From IMG/VR virus record IMGVR_UViG_3300035181_001095, positions 1 through 63,183 of that record: a stretch of 63,183 bases of DNA; one strand, 5' to 3'. Positions 1 through 11,065 of the stretch are shown one piece after another (positions within the stretch are counted from its first letter, which is position 1; the number at the start of each line of letters is the position of its first letter). The notes under the pieces are model-generated. The model saw only the letters and a program-made list of their open reading frames with translations, was not told where the DNA came from and searched no databases. The translations under genes were made by a program, and so were the position numbers. Source of the DNA: a virus. Lineage: Duplodnaviria; Caudoviricetes.

Positions 1-127
1 ATTTTGCTGAAGATTTGCAGCAGATGGAAGTTTATAGTTATCGAACAAATCAAATGAGGGGAACAATGACCCAGTCGGCTGTTGAGGATTTGCCAATGTA
101 ACTTGTTGACCAATTCCATTGGGAGGG
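1..127. repeat. Terminal direct repeat (copy 1), assembly overlap indicating a circular or circularly permuted genome
   Basis: Identical to 63057-63183; 127 nt equals a common assembler k-mer size, and an ORF reads through the join. Confidence 0.95.
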
Positions 128-507
128 TTTTGGCCATGTGTCTTATTCCACAGGTCGGCAATATCACTAATTTGTTTATAATATGGCTGTAAAGCTGCAT
201 TATTTTTAGCGTTTGCTTCATTTGCTTGTGCTTGCCATACATTTGCACGAGCATACGACTCACTACCTTGTGCTGGTATAGCATATTGTGCTTGGGCTCG
301 GTAGGCGTCAGCACGAGCCAGATTTTCAACTGACTGGCTTGGTCTTAAAGCAGCAGCACTTTGTGCATTTAGTAAACCAGCTTGTGCTTGCGCTTCTTGC
401 GCCGCTCTAATGGCACTTAATTCTGACATTTTGTCTTCATGTGCCCGTTGAAATAATGCCATTAATGTTGGGTTTGGTTCAAATTTACCACTATCTGACC
501 AATACAT
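1..507 (-). CDS. 5' part of a ~211-aa Ala/Gln-rich probable internal virion (ejection) protein spanning the circular join
   Basis: GGAGG RBS then ATG at 507 (MYWSDSGKFEPNPTLMALFQRAHEDK...), open to base 1, continuing in frame from 63056 to the stop at 62928; missed by the ORF track. Confidence 0.8.
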   Translation of the reverse strand, partial: MYWSDSGKFEPNPTLMALFQRAHEDKMSELSAIRAAQEAQAQAGLLNAQSAAALRPSQSVENLARADAYRAQAQYAIPAQGSESYARANVWQAQANEANAKNNAALQPYYKQISDIADLWNKTHGQNPPNGIGQQVTLANPQQPTGSLFPSFDLFDNYKLPSAANLQQN

Positions 508-576
508 TTATTTTGCCTCCATTATCTCGGAGCCACATAAATATATTTAATTATGTTTTATGAAGCTCCACTTATT

Positions 577-1329
577 TTATTTTATTTTACTCATCCAAAC
601 TCTTAACTTAAAACGAGATAAACATATTGGAGATAAACTATCTAACACAATTTTAAAATCTGGATTATCCAAATAATTAGTATATATATCGTTTGTATAT
701 TTTGCAATATATTTTTTTAATGGATATTTTTGATGTGCTTGTAAAACAAAGTTTTGCCATATTGCTGTATCTATTTGAAGCTGATAATCTGATGGAATAT
801 ACAAATCAAACAGGTCTGGTTTTACATATGAAACCATATATATTAAATAATAATCTTGTAATTGTCCATTTTGTAATAAATTTTTTATACTATCTTGTAT
901 TTTATCATTATCAATTAAGTCAACTTTAGATAGTTTATATTTCTGTCTAATAAATGTCCATATATCACATAAGTTAACTTGTGCTCCAATACCAACATAT
1001 AATGCAAACCCTGTTAAATTTTCGTTATTATCTTGCACAAAATCACCTGGCATATAGTGTATGGGAGCTATTAAAGTGTATGCAAACGCTTTTTTACAAC
1101 CACTTTTATTTATATACCAGGCAAATTGTTCTTGATGTAAAGAAGCATGATGAATATCTCCTAATCCTGGCACTATTGGAATGGTAGAACTTTGTCTATC
1201 CTCTCTATTATTACCCATTAATGGTTGTAAAACTCGCATGGCCGCAAATGATGTGGCAGATTTAGGGTCTTGTCCACCAATTAAAATTGGGTGTGCCCAT
1301 GTAAACCAATCTCTTTTTATATTACCCAT
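577..1329 (-). CDS. Hypothetical protein, virion/tail region
   Basis: 250-aa ORF overlapping its upstream neighbour in the late operon. Confidence 0.6.
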   Translation of the reverse strand: MGNIKRDWFTWAHPILIGGQDPKSATSFAAMRVLQPLMGNNREDRQSSTIPIVPGLGDIHHASLHQEQFAWYINKSGCKKAFAYTLIAPIHYMPGDFVQDNNENLTGFALYVGIGAQVNLCDIWTFIRQKYKLSKVDLIDNDKIQDSIKNLLQNGQLQDYYLIYMVSYVKPDLFDLYIPSDYQLQIDTAIWQNFVLQAHQKYPLKKYIAKYTNDIYTNYLDNPDFKIVLDSLSPICLSRFKLRVWMSKIK

Positions 1330-2618
1330 TCTATATGACCATTTTGTAAATCAGATTGTTCAAACCTTATTGGAACACAAGTATATCGTAACTGTTGATA
1401 ACGGTAAAGTTGTTGATATTTATAATATAAATCTTGTGCTTCAGGTGATAAAACATTTGATGCCTCTGGATAACAACGTAAACCGTTTGAAAAACCACTC
1501 TCTGTAATTGTATAATCAAATAATGTATGTTTAATAGTTGTTGTATAATTAAAACCTGCTGCAACTATAAACCAATAGTTGCAATAATAAGAAGAATATA
1601 TTTTTGATGTTTCAGAACCTTCACTCATAAATATAACATCATGATGTTTTATTAAATTACTTAAGGTAGGATGAGAAAACGGTATATTTTTAGCATATAT
1701 TGAATAATAATCATCTATATCATGTGTTAATTCAATGTAACAATCATATGGTGCACAAAATGTTGAACCAAAAGGCCCCCCTCCACACACTTTTAATATC
1801 TGATATTGTATTGCACTAACATATAAATTATCATACTGCCTATATGTATCATAGAATGCAAAACATGGAGAGACATCATCTCGGTTAAGTAGTGCTGTTA
1901 CTGGTAATTCAGGACATATACAATCTCCTGATACCATCCCAATTATTACATTAAAAGTCCAACCACCATATGCTGCTTGATATGGTTTACTATTTGAAGC
2001 TTTTGGTGGAGGTGAGGGTGGGTCTGCTCCTTCAAGACCTGAAAAAAATGCTTTATTTTCCCAAATATTATCCCATTTATGTTGAATATCAACCAGTTGA
2101 TTATGATAAAGCAGACGAGCAAATTTTCTATCCCCATTATAACCTACAATAGGAATTTGATTTCCTAATTCACCATGAAAAATAGAAAATTGAAACTCTT
2201 TGGTATCTGTTCGTAGCTTATCAATTTTATATGTATATAAAAATCCATTTGCTGATGCCAAAGCTAAACCTGTTGGAACATAATAACCAGGAAGAGTCTG
2301 ATGTGGACTATATGCATTCATCTGCATGTATCCATAATCTAATATAGAATTATATTCATATAAGAACTCTTTGTTAACATGTTCTTTAATAGGGGTATAA
2401 TAACTTTCGCTGTAATCTGTTGTTATAATCTCAAATAAACCATTTGTTAGATTATATATTTCATATACATACATATTTACACAAATATCTTCAGTAAGTT
2501 CTTCTATATAAAAAAAGATTTTCCAAAATTCAGGGCTGTCATGCTCAACCCGATATTGAAAAAAATCTAATGAAGTTAAATCTTTAATATGTTTATCCAT
2601 ATCTAATATGACTTTCAA
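1317..2618 (-). CDS. Hypothetical protein, Tyr/Cys-rich, probable structural
   Basis: 433-aa ORF in the late operon. Confidence 0.6.
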   Translation of the reverse strand: MKVILDMDKHIKDLTSLDFFQYRVEHDSPEFWKIFFYIEELTEDICVNMYVYEIYNLTNGLFEIITTDYSESYYTPIKEHVNKEFLYEYNSILDYGYMQMNAYSPHQTLPGYYVPTGLALASANGFLYTYKIDKLRTDTKEFQFSIFHGELGNQIPIVGYNGDRKFARLLYHNQLVDIQHKWDNIWENKAFFSGLEGADPPSPPPKASNSKPYQAAYGGWTFNVIIGMVSGDCICPELPVTALLNRDDVSPCFAFYDTYRQYDNLYVSAIQYQILKVCGGGPFGSTFCAPYDCYIELTHDIDDYYSIYAKNIPFSHPTLSNLIKHHDVIFMSEGSETSKIYSSYYCNYWFIVAAGFNYTTTIKHTLFDYTITESGFSNGLRCYPEASNVLSPEAQDLYYKYQQLYRYQQLRYTCVPIRFEQSDLQNGHIEWVI

Positions 2619-4707
2619 TTTCAGCGTCTGCTAAAATATCAGTAATGTTACCTGTTGTTATTGCACCATCTTCAGCGGCTGAAACTTTACTAATTTCAAC
2701 CTTATTCTCAATTATTGTAGCACGTTTATGTGCTTCAGCGATAGTTTGTTCTATAATTTCATCCATACTTAAAGTCGTTTCTTCAGTCAAAATGTTTAGA
2801 TATTTTTCATACAAATTCATATAAATAGTCATGCTTTTTGTTGCTTCACGAACAAAGTGTTCTGCTGCTATAGCGTTTAATTCTTTATTAGCTGCTTCAA
2901 CCATACTTGGAAAAAGTGAAATGTGTTGTTGTGTTATTTCATAAAGTTTTTGGGCTGTATCTAATTGTGTTTTATAAAATATATATTCTGCATTATATCG
3001 TTTATGTAATATCGTCTGTTCTTGCATTAAAATCTGATAAATCATTGATAACTGCTGCAATTTAATTTGTAATTCTTCTTTTTCAGCTTCAGCAATTTGA
3101 TTATTAACTTGTGCCGCTTCATATCGGGCTAATTCTTTAGCATACATAGCTTCAGCTCTTAATCTATATGCTGATAAAGTTTCCCAAGTAATGAGTTTTT
3201 CATATAAATTAAAATATGTTTGTGCTAAATTAAATAACCCACTATTTAATTCATTGATTTGATTTACATATTGTGCTGCTAATTTATTATCTAATTCAGC
3301 TAATTTAGCTAAACTCATTTGAAGTTGATTTTGAAGGTCTGCTGCCATGTGTTCACTTAATTTCGTATTAACCAATTTTTGAATTTGCAGCTCATATGCT
3401 GTTACATCAGATTTAATTCTATCATATAAAATTTGATACTCTTGTGATTTACGCTGGCTATAAGCTAACACCATATCTATATTAGATTCAATACGAGCCC
3501 GCCATTCTTGGACTTGTAAAGGCACTTCTTTAGCCATTGTCACAAAACCTTCCATTTGCCCTTTTAAGGTAAATAAATGTAGGATATTTTGTAAAGTAGT
3601 ATTATCTTGTTGTAATTTAGTATCTAAAATCTGTTGTAATATCTGGCTGACTAACCCAGATACATTGTTTAATGTTATAGTTCTATTTAAGTTAACTTGT
3701 CGCAACCGTTGTATATTATTTTGAAATTGTGCAATTAACTGTTGGTCATCAACCCATGTATCTAAATAGTTCTGTAATGCTGTAAAAAGTTTATCACTTT
3801 GCATTTGTTGTTTTAATACACGATTTGTGGTTGGAATAAATGTATTGACTAATGAGTAAGTTAAATTTTGAATTGGGGTTTGGCAGTTTGGAATAAAACT
3901 TAAACATTTTTGAATAACATCGTTAGCTAACAGTTCAAAATTATAATCTTGTATTGTAAAGTTTAATTTTGTTAAAAAATCATTAATATATGTAAAAATA
4001 TCATTAACAATTTCAGCAATTTTAGATTTAGCAACATCACCAATACTTGTTGTAATTTGAGTCGGTTGTATCTGTAATAATAAATCAGCAATATTTAATA
4101 ATGTTATAGTAATGGGTGTTAATTGACCTGGCTTGGGTAAAGTAAAATTATCTAAAGTATTTGTTGGTATAGTCGCACTGGATAATAAGGATGGTGCTTG
4201 TGGCTGTATGTTTGGTATTGTTAAATTTAATGCAGGGATTTGAATAGTTGGATAAGCCCAGTTTACATCTAAATTAGGTAATTCTCCAAAGTTACCAACA
4301 TCTGTATTTATAGACTGTATGTTACCTAATTCTGGTATTGATATTTGAGATTGTGCTTGATTAACAATATCACTAAAACTAAAATCAGGGTTATATGGGG
4401 TTAACTTAAGAGTTGTGCAACCACTTTGTAACCATTGCATTTCAATCATTGGTGCATGAATTTGATTTAATGCAGGTGGTGGTAATAGACCATCGGTAGA
4501 TTGATTTGATGGAGCATTACCATTACCAAATGCTATATTCGGGAAAAAACCTACTATACCACTATTTTGTTGTTGTTGCTGCTGTGATAAAAACCCTAAT
4601 CTATTTGCTAATGTTAATGATACAGGTGGTGTAGCCTGACCTGATTGAGGGTAGGCTGGGTCAGATAAGGTAATCCATAAATCTCCGTAATTACAATCAG
4701 CACCCAT
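2593..4707 (-). CDS. Probable virion protein with Pro-rich N-terminus and long coiled coil
   Basis: 704 aa, Q/L/A-rich heptad pattern, AAGGAG RBS. Confidence 0.6.
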   Translation of the reverse strand: MGADCNYGDLWITLSDPAYPQSGQATPPVSLTLANRLGFLSQQQQQQNSGIVGFFPNIAFGNGNAPSNQSTDGLLPPPALNQIHAPMIEMQWLQSGCTTLKLTPYNPDFSFSDIVNQAQSQISIPELGNIQSINTDVGNFGELPNLDVNWAYPTIQIPALNLTIPNIQPQAPSLLSSATIPTNTLDNFTLPKPGQLTPITITLLNIADLLLQIQPTQITTSIGDVAKSKIAEIVNDIFTYINDFLTKLNFTIQDYNFELLANDVIQKCLSFIPNCQTPIQNLTYSLVNTFIPTTNRVLKQQMQSDKLFTALQNYLDTWVDDQQLIAQFQNNIQRLRQVNLNRTITLNNVSGLVSQILQQILDTKLQQDNTTLQNILHLFTLKGQMEGFVTMAKEVPLQVQEWRARIESNIDMVLAYSQRKSQEYQILYDRIKSDVTAYELQIQKLVNTKLSEHMAADLQNQLQMSLAKLAELDNKLAAQYVNQINELNSGLFNLAQTYFNLYEKLITWETLSAYRLRAEAMYAKELARYEAAQVNNQIAEAEKEELQIKLQQLSMIYQILMQEQTILHKRYNAEYIFYKTQLDTAQKLYEITQQHISLFPSMVEAANKELNAIAAEHFVREATKSMTIYMNLYEKYLNILTEETTLSMDEIIEQTIAEAHKRATIIENKVEISKVSAAEDGAITTGNITDILADAEIESHIRYG

Positions 4708-4722
4708 ATCAAATCTCCTTAA

Positions 4723-6498
4723 TTATGGTTTAGCCGCTTCATAAATTGTTGCGGTTACCTTTGCATGTGCCATAGCACAAGCTCTAATCAATTCTTCAAT
4801 GTGTTGATACCTCGCAACACCAAATATTGCTGCCGCAGTAGCATTTGTTTTATTTGTTGTTGTATTCATTATTTTATCATTTTCAATGTGGGCTTTATCA
4901 AGAGCATAATCTGTTCTGTCACTATTATAACGATGACTTAATTGGTTTCTTTGTTCTCTATCATAATCAAATAATTGTTGGAAATTAGTTATTCTATTAT
5001 TTGCCAATTCGTCCTCTAATGTCGCTTTAGCGTTTCGTTCTTTAATTTGTAATTCTTGTTCAAAAGCTTGTATTCGTCTCTGGAAAATTCTATCAGCAGA
5101 ATCAAATAATTGAACATCACTTTGACCCAATTTAATAAGAGCAGATAATAATTTCTCGTTAACATTTAATTGCTGTGATTGTAAATCATATTGTAATTTA
5201 ACATTGTTAATTTGTGTTTCTGCCAATGATGCTTTGGCTTTGAATTTTTTATACTCTAAACTATATTTATCAATGTCAGCAGACATGCGTTCAACATTTG
5301 CTTGGTAAATATCAATTGTATTTTTGTAATGAGTGATTTCAGCAAGTAATTGTAAATATCTTAATGCAAGTAACCGTTTACGTTCAATTTCAAATTTTTG
5401 TCTTGTAGTTAATAAGTCTATTAAAGTAGCTTGCTTACTATGCTCAAGTTGTTCCATTTCTACTCTGGCTATGCTATTTTTTAATGTTTCTATGTTTATT
5501 TTATTAGCATTAAATTCAGCTTCAATCCAAGCTTTAGCTTTAGCTAAATTTAAATTATACAAATTTACTAATGCCGAATTAAATGCAACTTCTAATTCAA
5601 GTTGACTTTGATATTTTTTAACTTGAGCTTGATATGTAGTAGCAGCAATATTCGCTTGAGTTTCAACCCTTATATTATCTAAATTAATCGCAACATCTGA
5701 ATACCACATAATACGTTGAAAAATTGGGTCAAATATACTCTCACTCCAAACTTGTGCTATAGAACCAAATGAATAAAATACTTGTCTAATTGCATCTAAA
5801 TAAACATCTCTTAAATTTCTATATGAATATGAATAATAATCATATTGAGCGTAAATTAACTTATCAAGCATGTTTGATATTAACTGTAATACTTGGTTTA
5901 TAACCTGCGCTTTAGTTTGTAAAACAATAGCATTTCGCTGCGTCCACGAATCATAATCAATTCTATCCAAGACCTCTGTCATAGGTCCCGTTTGTTTTTT
6001 AAAACCTAATGCAGCAAGTTTATCAGTAGTAGTAATTTTATCAATAATGTTCTTATCAACAACTGTATTTATATCTAAAATACATTTAGTAATAGCCTCT
6101 CTCACAGGGTCAACAATAGTAGGTATAGTTACATTTGGTAAGATACCTAAATTTGATAGTTGCACTAAAATATCACTTAATAAACTATCAATAAAAACCT
6201 TATATTTAGACGCATTTAATTGATTTATGACCCTATTATTATAAAAATCTGTTAAATAAGCTGAAATATATTGTGTTACAAATTCTTCAACTTTATCTTT
6301 AGCAGAAGATAATATTGTATCCATAGAAAAATTAGGTGGAGTTATATCAATATCTGGTAAAGTTTCTTGTGTAATGTTTGGAATTTGAATTTGAGGCGCA
6401 AGAATAGTAAGTGCAGATACCTCTGTAAATGATGGTTGAAAATCCTCAATACTATATTGAGGGTCTAATAAGTCTGGAACTGATGGTAATGGTATCAT
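4723..6498 (-). CDS. Probable virion coiled-coil protein, similar in architecture to 2593-4707
   Basis: 591 aa, Pro-rich N-terminus then coiled coil; AGGAGGAG RBS. Confidence 0.6.
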   Translation of the reverse strand: MIPLPSVPDLLDPQYSIEDFQPSFTEVSALTILAPQIQIPNITQETLPDIDITPPNFSMDTILSSAKDKVEEFVTQYISAYLTDFYNNRVINQLNASKYKVFIDSLLSDILVQLSNLGILPNVTIPTIVDPVREAITKCILDINTVVDKNIIDKITTTDKLAALGFKKQTGPMTEVLDRIDYDSWTQRNAIVLQTKAQVINQVLQLISNMLDKLIYAQYDYYSYSYRNLRDVYLDAIRQVFYSFGSIAQVWSESIFDPIFQRIMWYSDVAINLDNIRVETQANIAATTYQAQVKKYQSQLELEVAFNSALVNLYNLNLAKAKAWIEAEFNANKINIETLKNSIARVEMEQLEHSKQATLIDLLTTRQKFEIERKRLLALRYLQLLAEITHYKNTIDIYQANVERMSADIDKYSLEYKKFKAKASLAETQINNVKLQYDLQSQQLNVNEKLLSALIKLGQSDVQLFDSADRIFQRRIQAFEQELQIKERNAKATLEDELANNRITNFQQLFDYDREQRNQLSHRYNSDRTDYALDKAHIENDKIMNTTTNKTNATAAAIFGVARYQHIEELIRACAMAHAKVTATIYEAAKP

Positions 6499-8321
6499 TT
6501 ACTCCTCCTACTTTCAATTGGAGTAAATACAAGTTCATTGATAGCATCAATATCTTGTAAAATAAATTTTAATTTTGTGCCAGTTAAACCTTTCCCAATT
6601 TTTAATCTTTTATATTGACCAGTATATGTTGTTTGCTGCATATCTGTTTGAATTTTGACTTGATATGGTTTAGTAATTTCTCCATCAACATACAAATCAT
6701 ATAAAAATTTCTTTGTTGGCGAAGATAAATATGCCATATCTAATACTAACCCAGCCGTATCATTAGTCTTTTCTTTGGTTAGTTGATATACTCCACCTAA
6801 CCCAGCTGAAAATAACATTTTATGTGTATTGTTAAATGTGTAAGATACATATGGATAACTGGCCGACCCCATACCTAATGTTGGATGATATAATAAAACA
6901 GTCGTAGTTGTATCAGGAACATTAACTGAAACCCCAGCACCAAAATATGGCACAATAAAGGTATCAGCTCTATCATCAACAATAAGTGTTTCAAGTAAAT
7001 TATAAATCTGTTGAAGGTCTAATTTGAGCTCTGGTACAATTTGTATTAACTCTTGTAGAGTAACTAATAAAGCTTGTTGTGCAAGAGTTACTTCACCAGC
7101 TAAAATAAATTGTTCTGCTTGTTCCAGCTTAAAACTTAACTGTTGAAATACATTATCATTAGCATTGAACTCATCAGTAATACTTACCTGTTGAACCCAA
7201 TAAAATTGTTCTAATAGATTGCAAAGTTCATTTAATGCACATTGGAAAGCTAATAATTTAACCCATGTATCAGCTACATCTATAACGGATTTTAATTCTT
7301 CAATTGCATTTCCAAAATGTTCTATTTGGCTTTGAATTTGAAGAATATCATCAATATTATGCCCAAACCATCTGTTTCCTGTTATATCTAAATTATTCTG
7401 CAAAAAAATGAAAACGTTTTCATAAAACTGATAGATTGTATTAAATGTATCAGTTAGTTGTAATTTATCTGCTAAACCCCAAATAATTTTTCCAGTAAAA
7501 CTTGAATCAGTAAAGTTTAATACTGATGTAATAGCCCAAGAAATTTTATCTTGTATAGATTGTTGGATATTACATGTATCTGCAAGAGTATCCAGAATAT
7601 GTTGAAGGGTTGTTACAAAATCTCCAACATCAGTTGTATCAACTAATGTTTCAAGAATTGTATAAATAAAATCTTGAACAAAATTGGGATTATCAGTTAA
7701 ATCATGATTAAATAATTGTGCAATACGTGAATCATCAATCCATGTAACATTACTGCCAAGATTATAAATAATAATTGGAGTAATATCATCAGATACATGT
7801 GATACAGTAAAAGCGTGGTCACCTTGAACAATCCAATCGAAAAAATATAATTCACCATCCAATAAAAATGGAAAAAATATTACACCATCAACATCTGCTT
7901 GTATACTCAAAATATCTGATAGTGTAAAAAAATACTTAAATAAAGGAGTTAAAATTTTATCAATATCAATAACATGAGTAAGTTCATTCAAAAATTTTAC
8001 CAAAGTTGCACAATCGTCTTGTGTGTCAAAAGTATCTGGTAAAGTATCTATATTAACCTTTGATAATATTGTGGTATCATTAAGACCAGGAGAGTCATAA
8101 AAAGTATCACTTATATATCGAGCAAAGGTAATATCATCCCCAAAAACAATATAACCTAAAGCGTCAAAAATTCCAGAATAATTACCATTAAATGGTTTAG
8201 CTAAATGGGCATAATCTAAAGTATTAAGGCTTAACCCAGCTCCTACAGTGGTATCACAAAAAGGTTTACCTAAATACGCATAATCTAATGTAATTATGTC
8301 TTTTGCATTAATTAAGCCCAT
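6495..8321 (-). CDS. Probable tail protein with acidic repeats
   Basis: 608 aa; N-terminal duplicated TLDYAxLxKPF; periodic L.D...D repeats; tail cluster context. Confidence 0.55.
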   Translation of the reverse strand: MGLINAKDIITLDYAYLGKPFCDTTVGAGLSLNTLDYAHLAKPFNGNYSGIFDALGYIVFGDDITFARYISDTFYDSPGLNDTTILSKVNIDTLPDTFDTQDDCATLVKFLNELTHVIDIDKILTPLFKYFFTLSDILSIQADVDGVIFFPFLLDGELYFFDWIVQGDHAFTVSHVSDDITPIIIYNLGSNVTWIDDSRIAQLFNHDLTDNPNFVQDFIYTILETLVDTTDVGDFVTTLQHILDTLADTCNIQQSIQDKISWAITSVLNFTDSSFTGKIIWGLADKLQLTDTFNTIYQFYENVFIFLQNNLDITGNRWFGHNIDDILQIQSQIEHFGNAIEELKSVIDVADTWVKLLAFQCALNELCNLLEQFYWVQQVSITDEFNANDNVFQQLSFKLEQAEQFILAGEVTLAQQALLVTLQELIQIVPELKLDLQQIYNLLETLIVDDRADTFIVPYFGAGVSVNVPDTTTTVLLYHPTLGMGSASYPYVSYTFNNTHKMLFSAGLGGVYQLTKEKTNDTAGLVLDMAYLSSPTKKFLYDLYVDGEITKPYQVKIQTDMQQTTYTGQYKRLKIGKGLTGTKLKFILQDIDAINELVFTPIESRRSK

Positions 8322-8325
8322 AAGT

Positions 8326-10506
8326 TTAACTCGTCATCACATCATCAACAAACACAGAATATGTGGTGCCACCAAACGCTTGAGCCACAACTTCTATAAC
8401 TCCTGTTTCCGTTGGTGTAACCGTAATACTTAACTGTTCCCATGTATTTGAGACAGCTGCTGTAGTTGCTATTACATCATCTGTAATACCAGCTAATTGT
8501 CTTGCTTTACATACTAATTTACCTGTAATGGCTGTATTTGTGCGTCTGAACCAAGCTGATATTGTAGTGGGTTGGTTAGCTTCAATAGCAAATCTTCCAA
8601 TAACTAATTCAACAGGTCTATATTCATTTCGATTAACACCAGTTGGTTTTAATTCCCATGCAATCCCTGTTGGTGAATGTCTGGTAACTATCGTTGAGTT
8701 TATTTGTCCATCCAACATTAAAATTAAATGGTTATTAGCGGTCTGTTGATAATTATGAATATAAATATATGCTTCATAATTAGTTGGCCAATTATTATAT
8801 GTCCAATACGTAATACCACTAAATTTCGCATTAGCAAAGTAATTTGTTCCAGTATTAGAATTTAGATAAAAAGCATAACTCGAATTATTAAATATTAAAT
8901 TCCAAAATTTATTCTCTTTACCTATTAAATTTATATAAGAATCAGATATCTCATCAATTTTATAAAATATATTATGATGACCATATAAAGATATTGTAGC
9001 TTGTCCATTTGGTGCTTTAATATTATGAATTGACTTAAATAAATTAAAAGAACTATCATCAGATATCGATAAATTAGTATTATTATAATTTATTTCTTTT
9101 ATAAAATTAAATATATTATATTTAGATGCTGATAAAAAAATACCATTATTACTATTGTTACAAGCTTGGGTATTTTCATTTATTTGGGCATAATTACAAT
9201 TATTTATATATAAACCTGTACCTGTATTATTATTATTACAATGTTTAATTGTTGTTATAGTTGCATAATTACACGTATCTAATTGCAATCCATGAGAATA
9301 ATTATTACAGACATTACCAATATAATCTATTATTATATTATTTCCAGAGATATATATTCCATAATCTGTATTATTATTACTATTGCAAAGATTTTGAATG
9401 TAATTGTAATTACCTTTACACATTAATCCATGGTAATATCGTGAAAAATTTAATCTGTTTATTTTGATGTAATTTTGAGTATCAATGTTTAATCCTATTC
9501 CATTACCACACTGGCCACTAAAGATTGTCTCACCATCTTGTATGTCGGTTGAAGGGTTATAGCCACCTTGTAATTCAATATACCCACTTGATGACCCACT
9601 ATATGATAATGCCTGAATAATAGTTGTATTAGTAGATGTTACATCTGTGGGTATTGGGTCTCGAATATATGTTGGAACTGTCTCGGTAACTCCATAATAA
9701 CCTCTACCCTCATATGAATAAGAATTTACCTGTTGGTCAAGATAAATAGTTTCAATACCACTTGAAGTATCAATTGATTGAATAGCAAGCCATGGTTCAT
9801 CACCACCTTGCTCTAAATTATTTTTTGAAATCAATGCACACAAATGTGGTCCTATATCAGTGCAAGCAACAATATTATCTAAATAAATTGTAGGAGTATT
9901 AGGGTCAACTAAAGCATATAGAGCAATAGAATTTATACCAGAACCGATATTACCACCCTCATTAGATGATAAAGTAATTGGAATCCAACTACCTATTGCT
10001 GGTAATGGTGGAAAATTGAATGTTTTAACTGGTGTATTCCCAGAACTATCTGAACATAATTTAATTTGAAATACCTGGTCTATTGTAATAGTTCCTGATA
10101 AGTATAACCAGAATGAAATTCTCGAATAACTACTCAAATCTAAATTTGCTAATGATTTATAAGCAATTTTGCCAGTTGTAAAAGCATATTGAAGAGAAAT
10201 TGTGCTGGAATATGAACCAGATTTACGGGTGGTTGTAGTGCTGCATGTTACATAACTATTTGCAGCTGTCCATGCAGTTTCACAAGGCTCGATTATAGCA
10301 TTTTGCAATGTCGATAATTGAACTGCTTTTGATAAATTTGTCCACGTAGCATTACCAATAGCAACTGGTGCTGGACTTTTAGCAAATTTAATAATATCAC
10401 CTGGATTAAATCCACTAAATGCTGATAATGTCTTTTTAGCTGTTGACCAACTTAATCCATCATTATTATCATTACCTTTTTTATAATCTAAACAATATGT
10501 AGTCAT
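8326..10506 (-). CDS. Tail spike/receptor-binding protein with right-handed beta-helix repeats
   Basis: 726 aa; Asn-rich ~25-aa repeats (NNNTDYGIYISGN, NNYSHGLQLDTC, NNNTGTGLYINNC); beta-sandwich-like C-terminus. Confidence 0.65.
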   Translation of the reverse strand: MTTYCLDYKKGNDNNDGLSWSTAKKTLSAFSGFNPGDIIKFAKSPAPVAIGNATWTNLSKAVQLSTLQNAIIEPCETAWTAANSYVTCSTTTTRKSGSYSSTISLQYAFTTGKIAYKSLANLDLSSYSRISFWLYLSGTITIDQVFQIKLCSDSSGNTPVKTFNFPPLPAIGSWIPITLSSNEGGNIGSGINSIALYALVDPNTPTIYLDNIVACTDIGPHLCALISKNNLEQGGDEPWLAIQSIDTSSGIETIYLDQQVNSYSYEGRGYYGVTETVPTYIRDPIPTDVTSTNTTIIQALSYSGSSSGYIELQGGYNPSTDIQDGETIFSGQCGNGIGLNIDTQNYIKINRLNFSRYYHGLMCKGNYNYIQNLCNSNNNTDYGIYISGNNIIIDYIGNVCNNYSHGLQLDTCNYATITTIKHCNNNNTGTGLYINNCNYAQINENTQACNNSNNGIFLSASKYNIFNFIKEINYNNTNLSISDDSSFNLFKSIHNIKAPNGQATISLYGHHNIFYKIDEISDSYINLIGKENKFWNLIFNNSSYAFYLNSNTGTNYFANAKFSGITYWTYNNWPTNYEAYIYIHNYQQTANNHLILMLDGQINSTIVTRHSPTGIAWELKPTGVNRNEYRPVELVIGRFAIEANQPTTISAWFRRTNTAITGKLVCKARQLAGITDDVIATTAAVSNTWEQLSITVTPTETGVIEVVAQAFGGTTYSVFVDDVMTS

Positions 10507-10516
10507 ACTAAACCTT

Positions 10517-10539
10517 CAAAAGGTGGCCTTGCGGCCACC
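10517..10539 (-). terminator. Rho-independent terminator
   Basis: GGTGGCC-GCAA-GGCCACC hairpin followed by TTTTG on the minus strand. Confidence 0.7.
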
Positions 10540-10545
10540 CCGATT

Positions 10546-11055
10546 TTAACTGGATGTCATAGTGTAAGTTACTGTTACCTGAATAATATCATTTGCCAAT
10601 ACAGCACGAGCTGAAGCAAATCGTTTAGCAGATAACAAAACACCTGTTTTATCATTTTTTGGTTGAGTATCAGTAACAAAACCACCATATACAGTCAAAT
10701 TCTGTATCGCTGTAAACTGCATAGTATTGGTAGAAGTCATACTCCCATTAGATGCGGAACCAAATGTAATTTGCGTGCGGTTAGTAGCTGGTGAAAAATC
10801 AGTATCCTGGCATTCACCATAACTACCAGTCGCACTTAATGCCGAAGCAGCAGTATCTGTTAAAGCAGGTGTAACATTACCTTTAAACAACGATACATAC
10901 CAAGTAGTCGACAAAGTAACACCACCACGCAAAGCATCTAAAATACGGTTCATACCTTCATAAGGAACTATGTTTTCGCCACATTCTTTATGCAGCACTC
11001 TTCCATCACGAATGTGCTGTATTTCCCATAAACCATGTAATTTCATATTACTCAT
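10546..11055 (-). CDS. Probable tail structural protein
   Basis: 169 aa; N.V..EG.N.IL and C-terminal (A/S)R.V...D.I.VTY pattern seen in phage tail proteins. Confidence 0.55.
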   Translation of the reverse strand: MSNMKLHGLWEIQHIRDGRVLHKECGENIVPYEGMNRILDALRGGVTLSTTWYVSLFKGNVTPALTDTAASALSATGSYGECQDTDFSPATNRTQITFGSASNGSMTSTNTMQFTAIQNLTVYGGFVTDTQPKNDKTGVLLSAKRFASARAVLANDIIQVTVTYTMTSS

Positions 11056-11065
11056 ATGAAACCTC

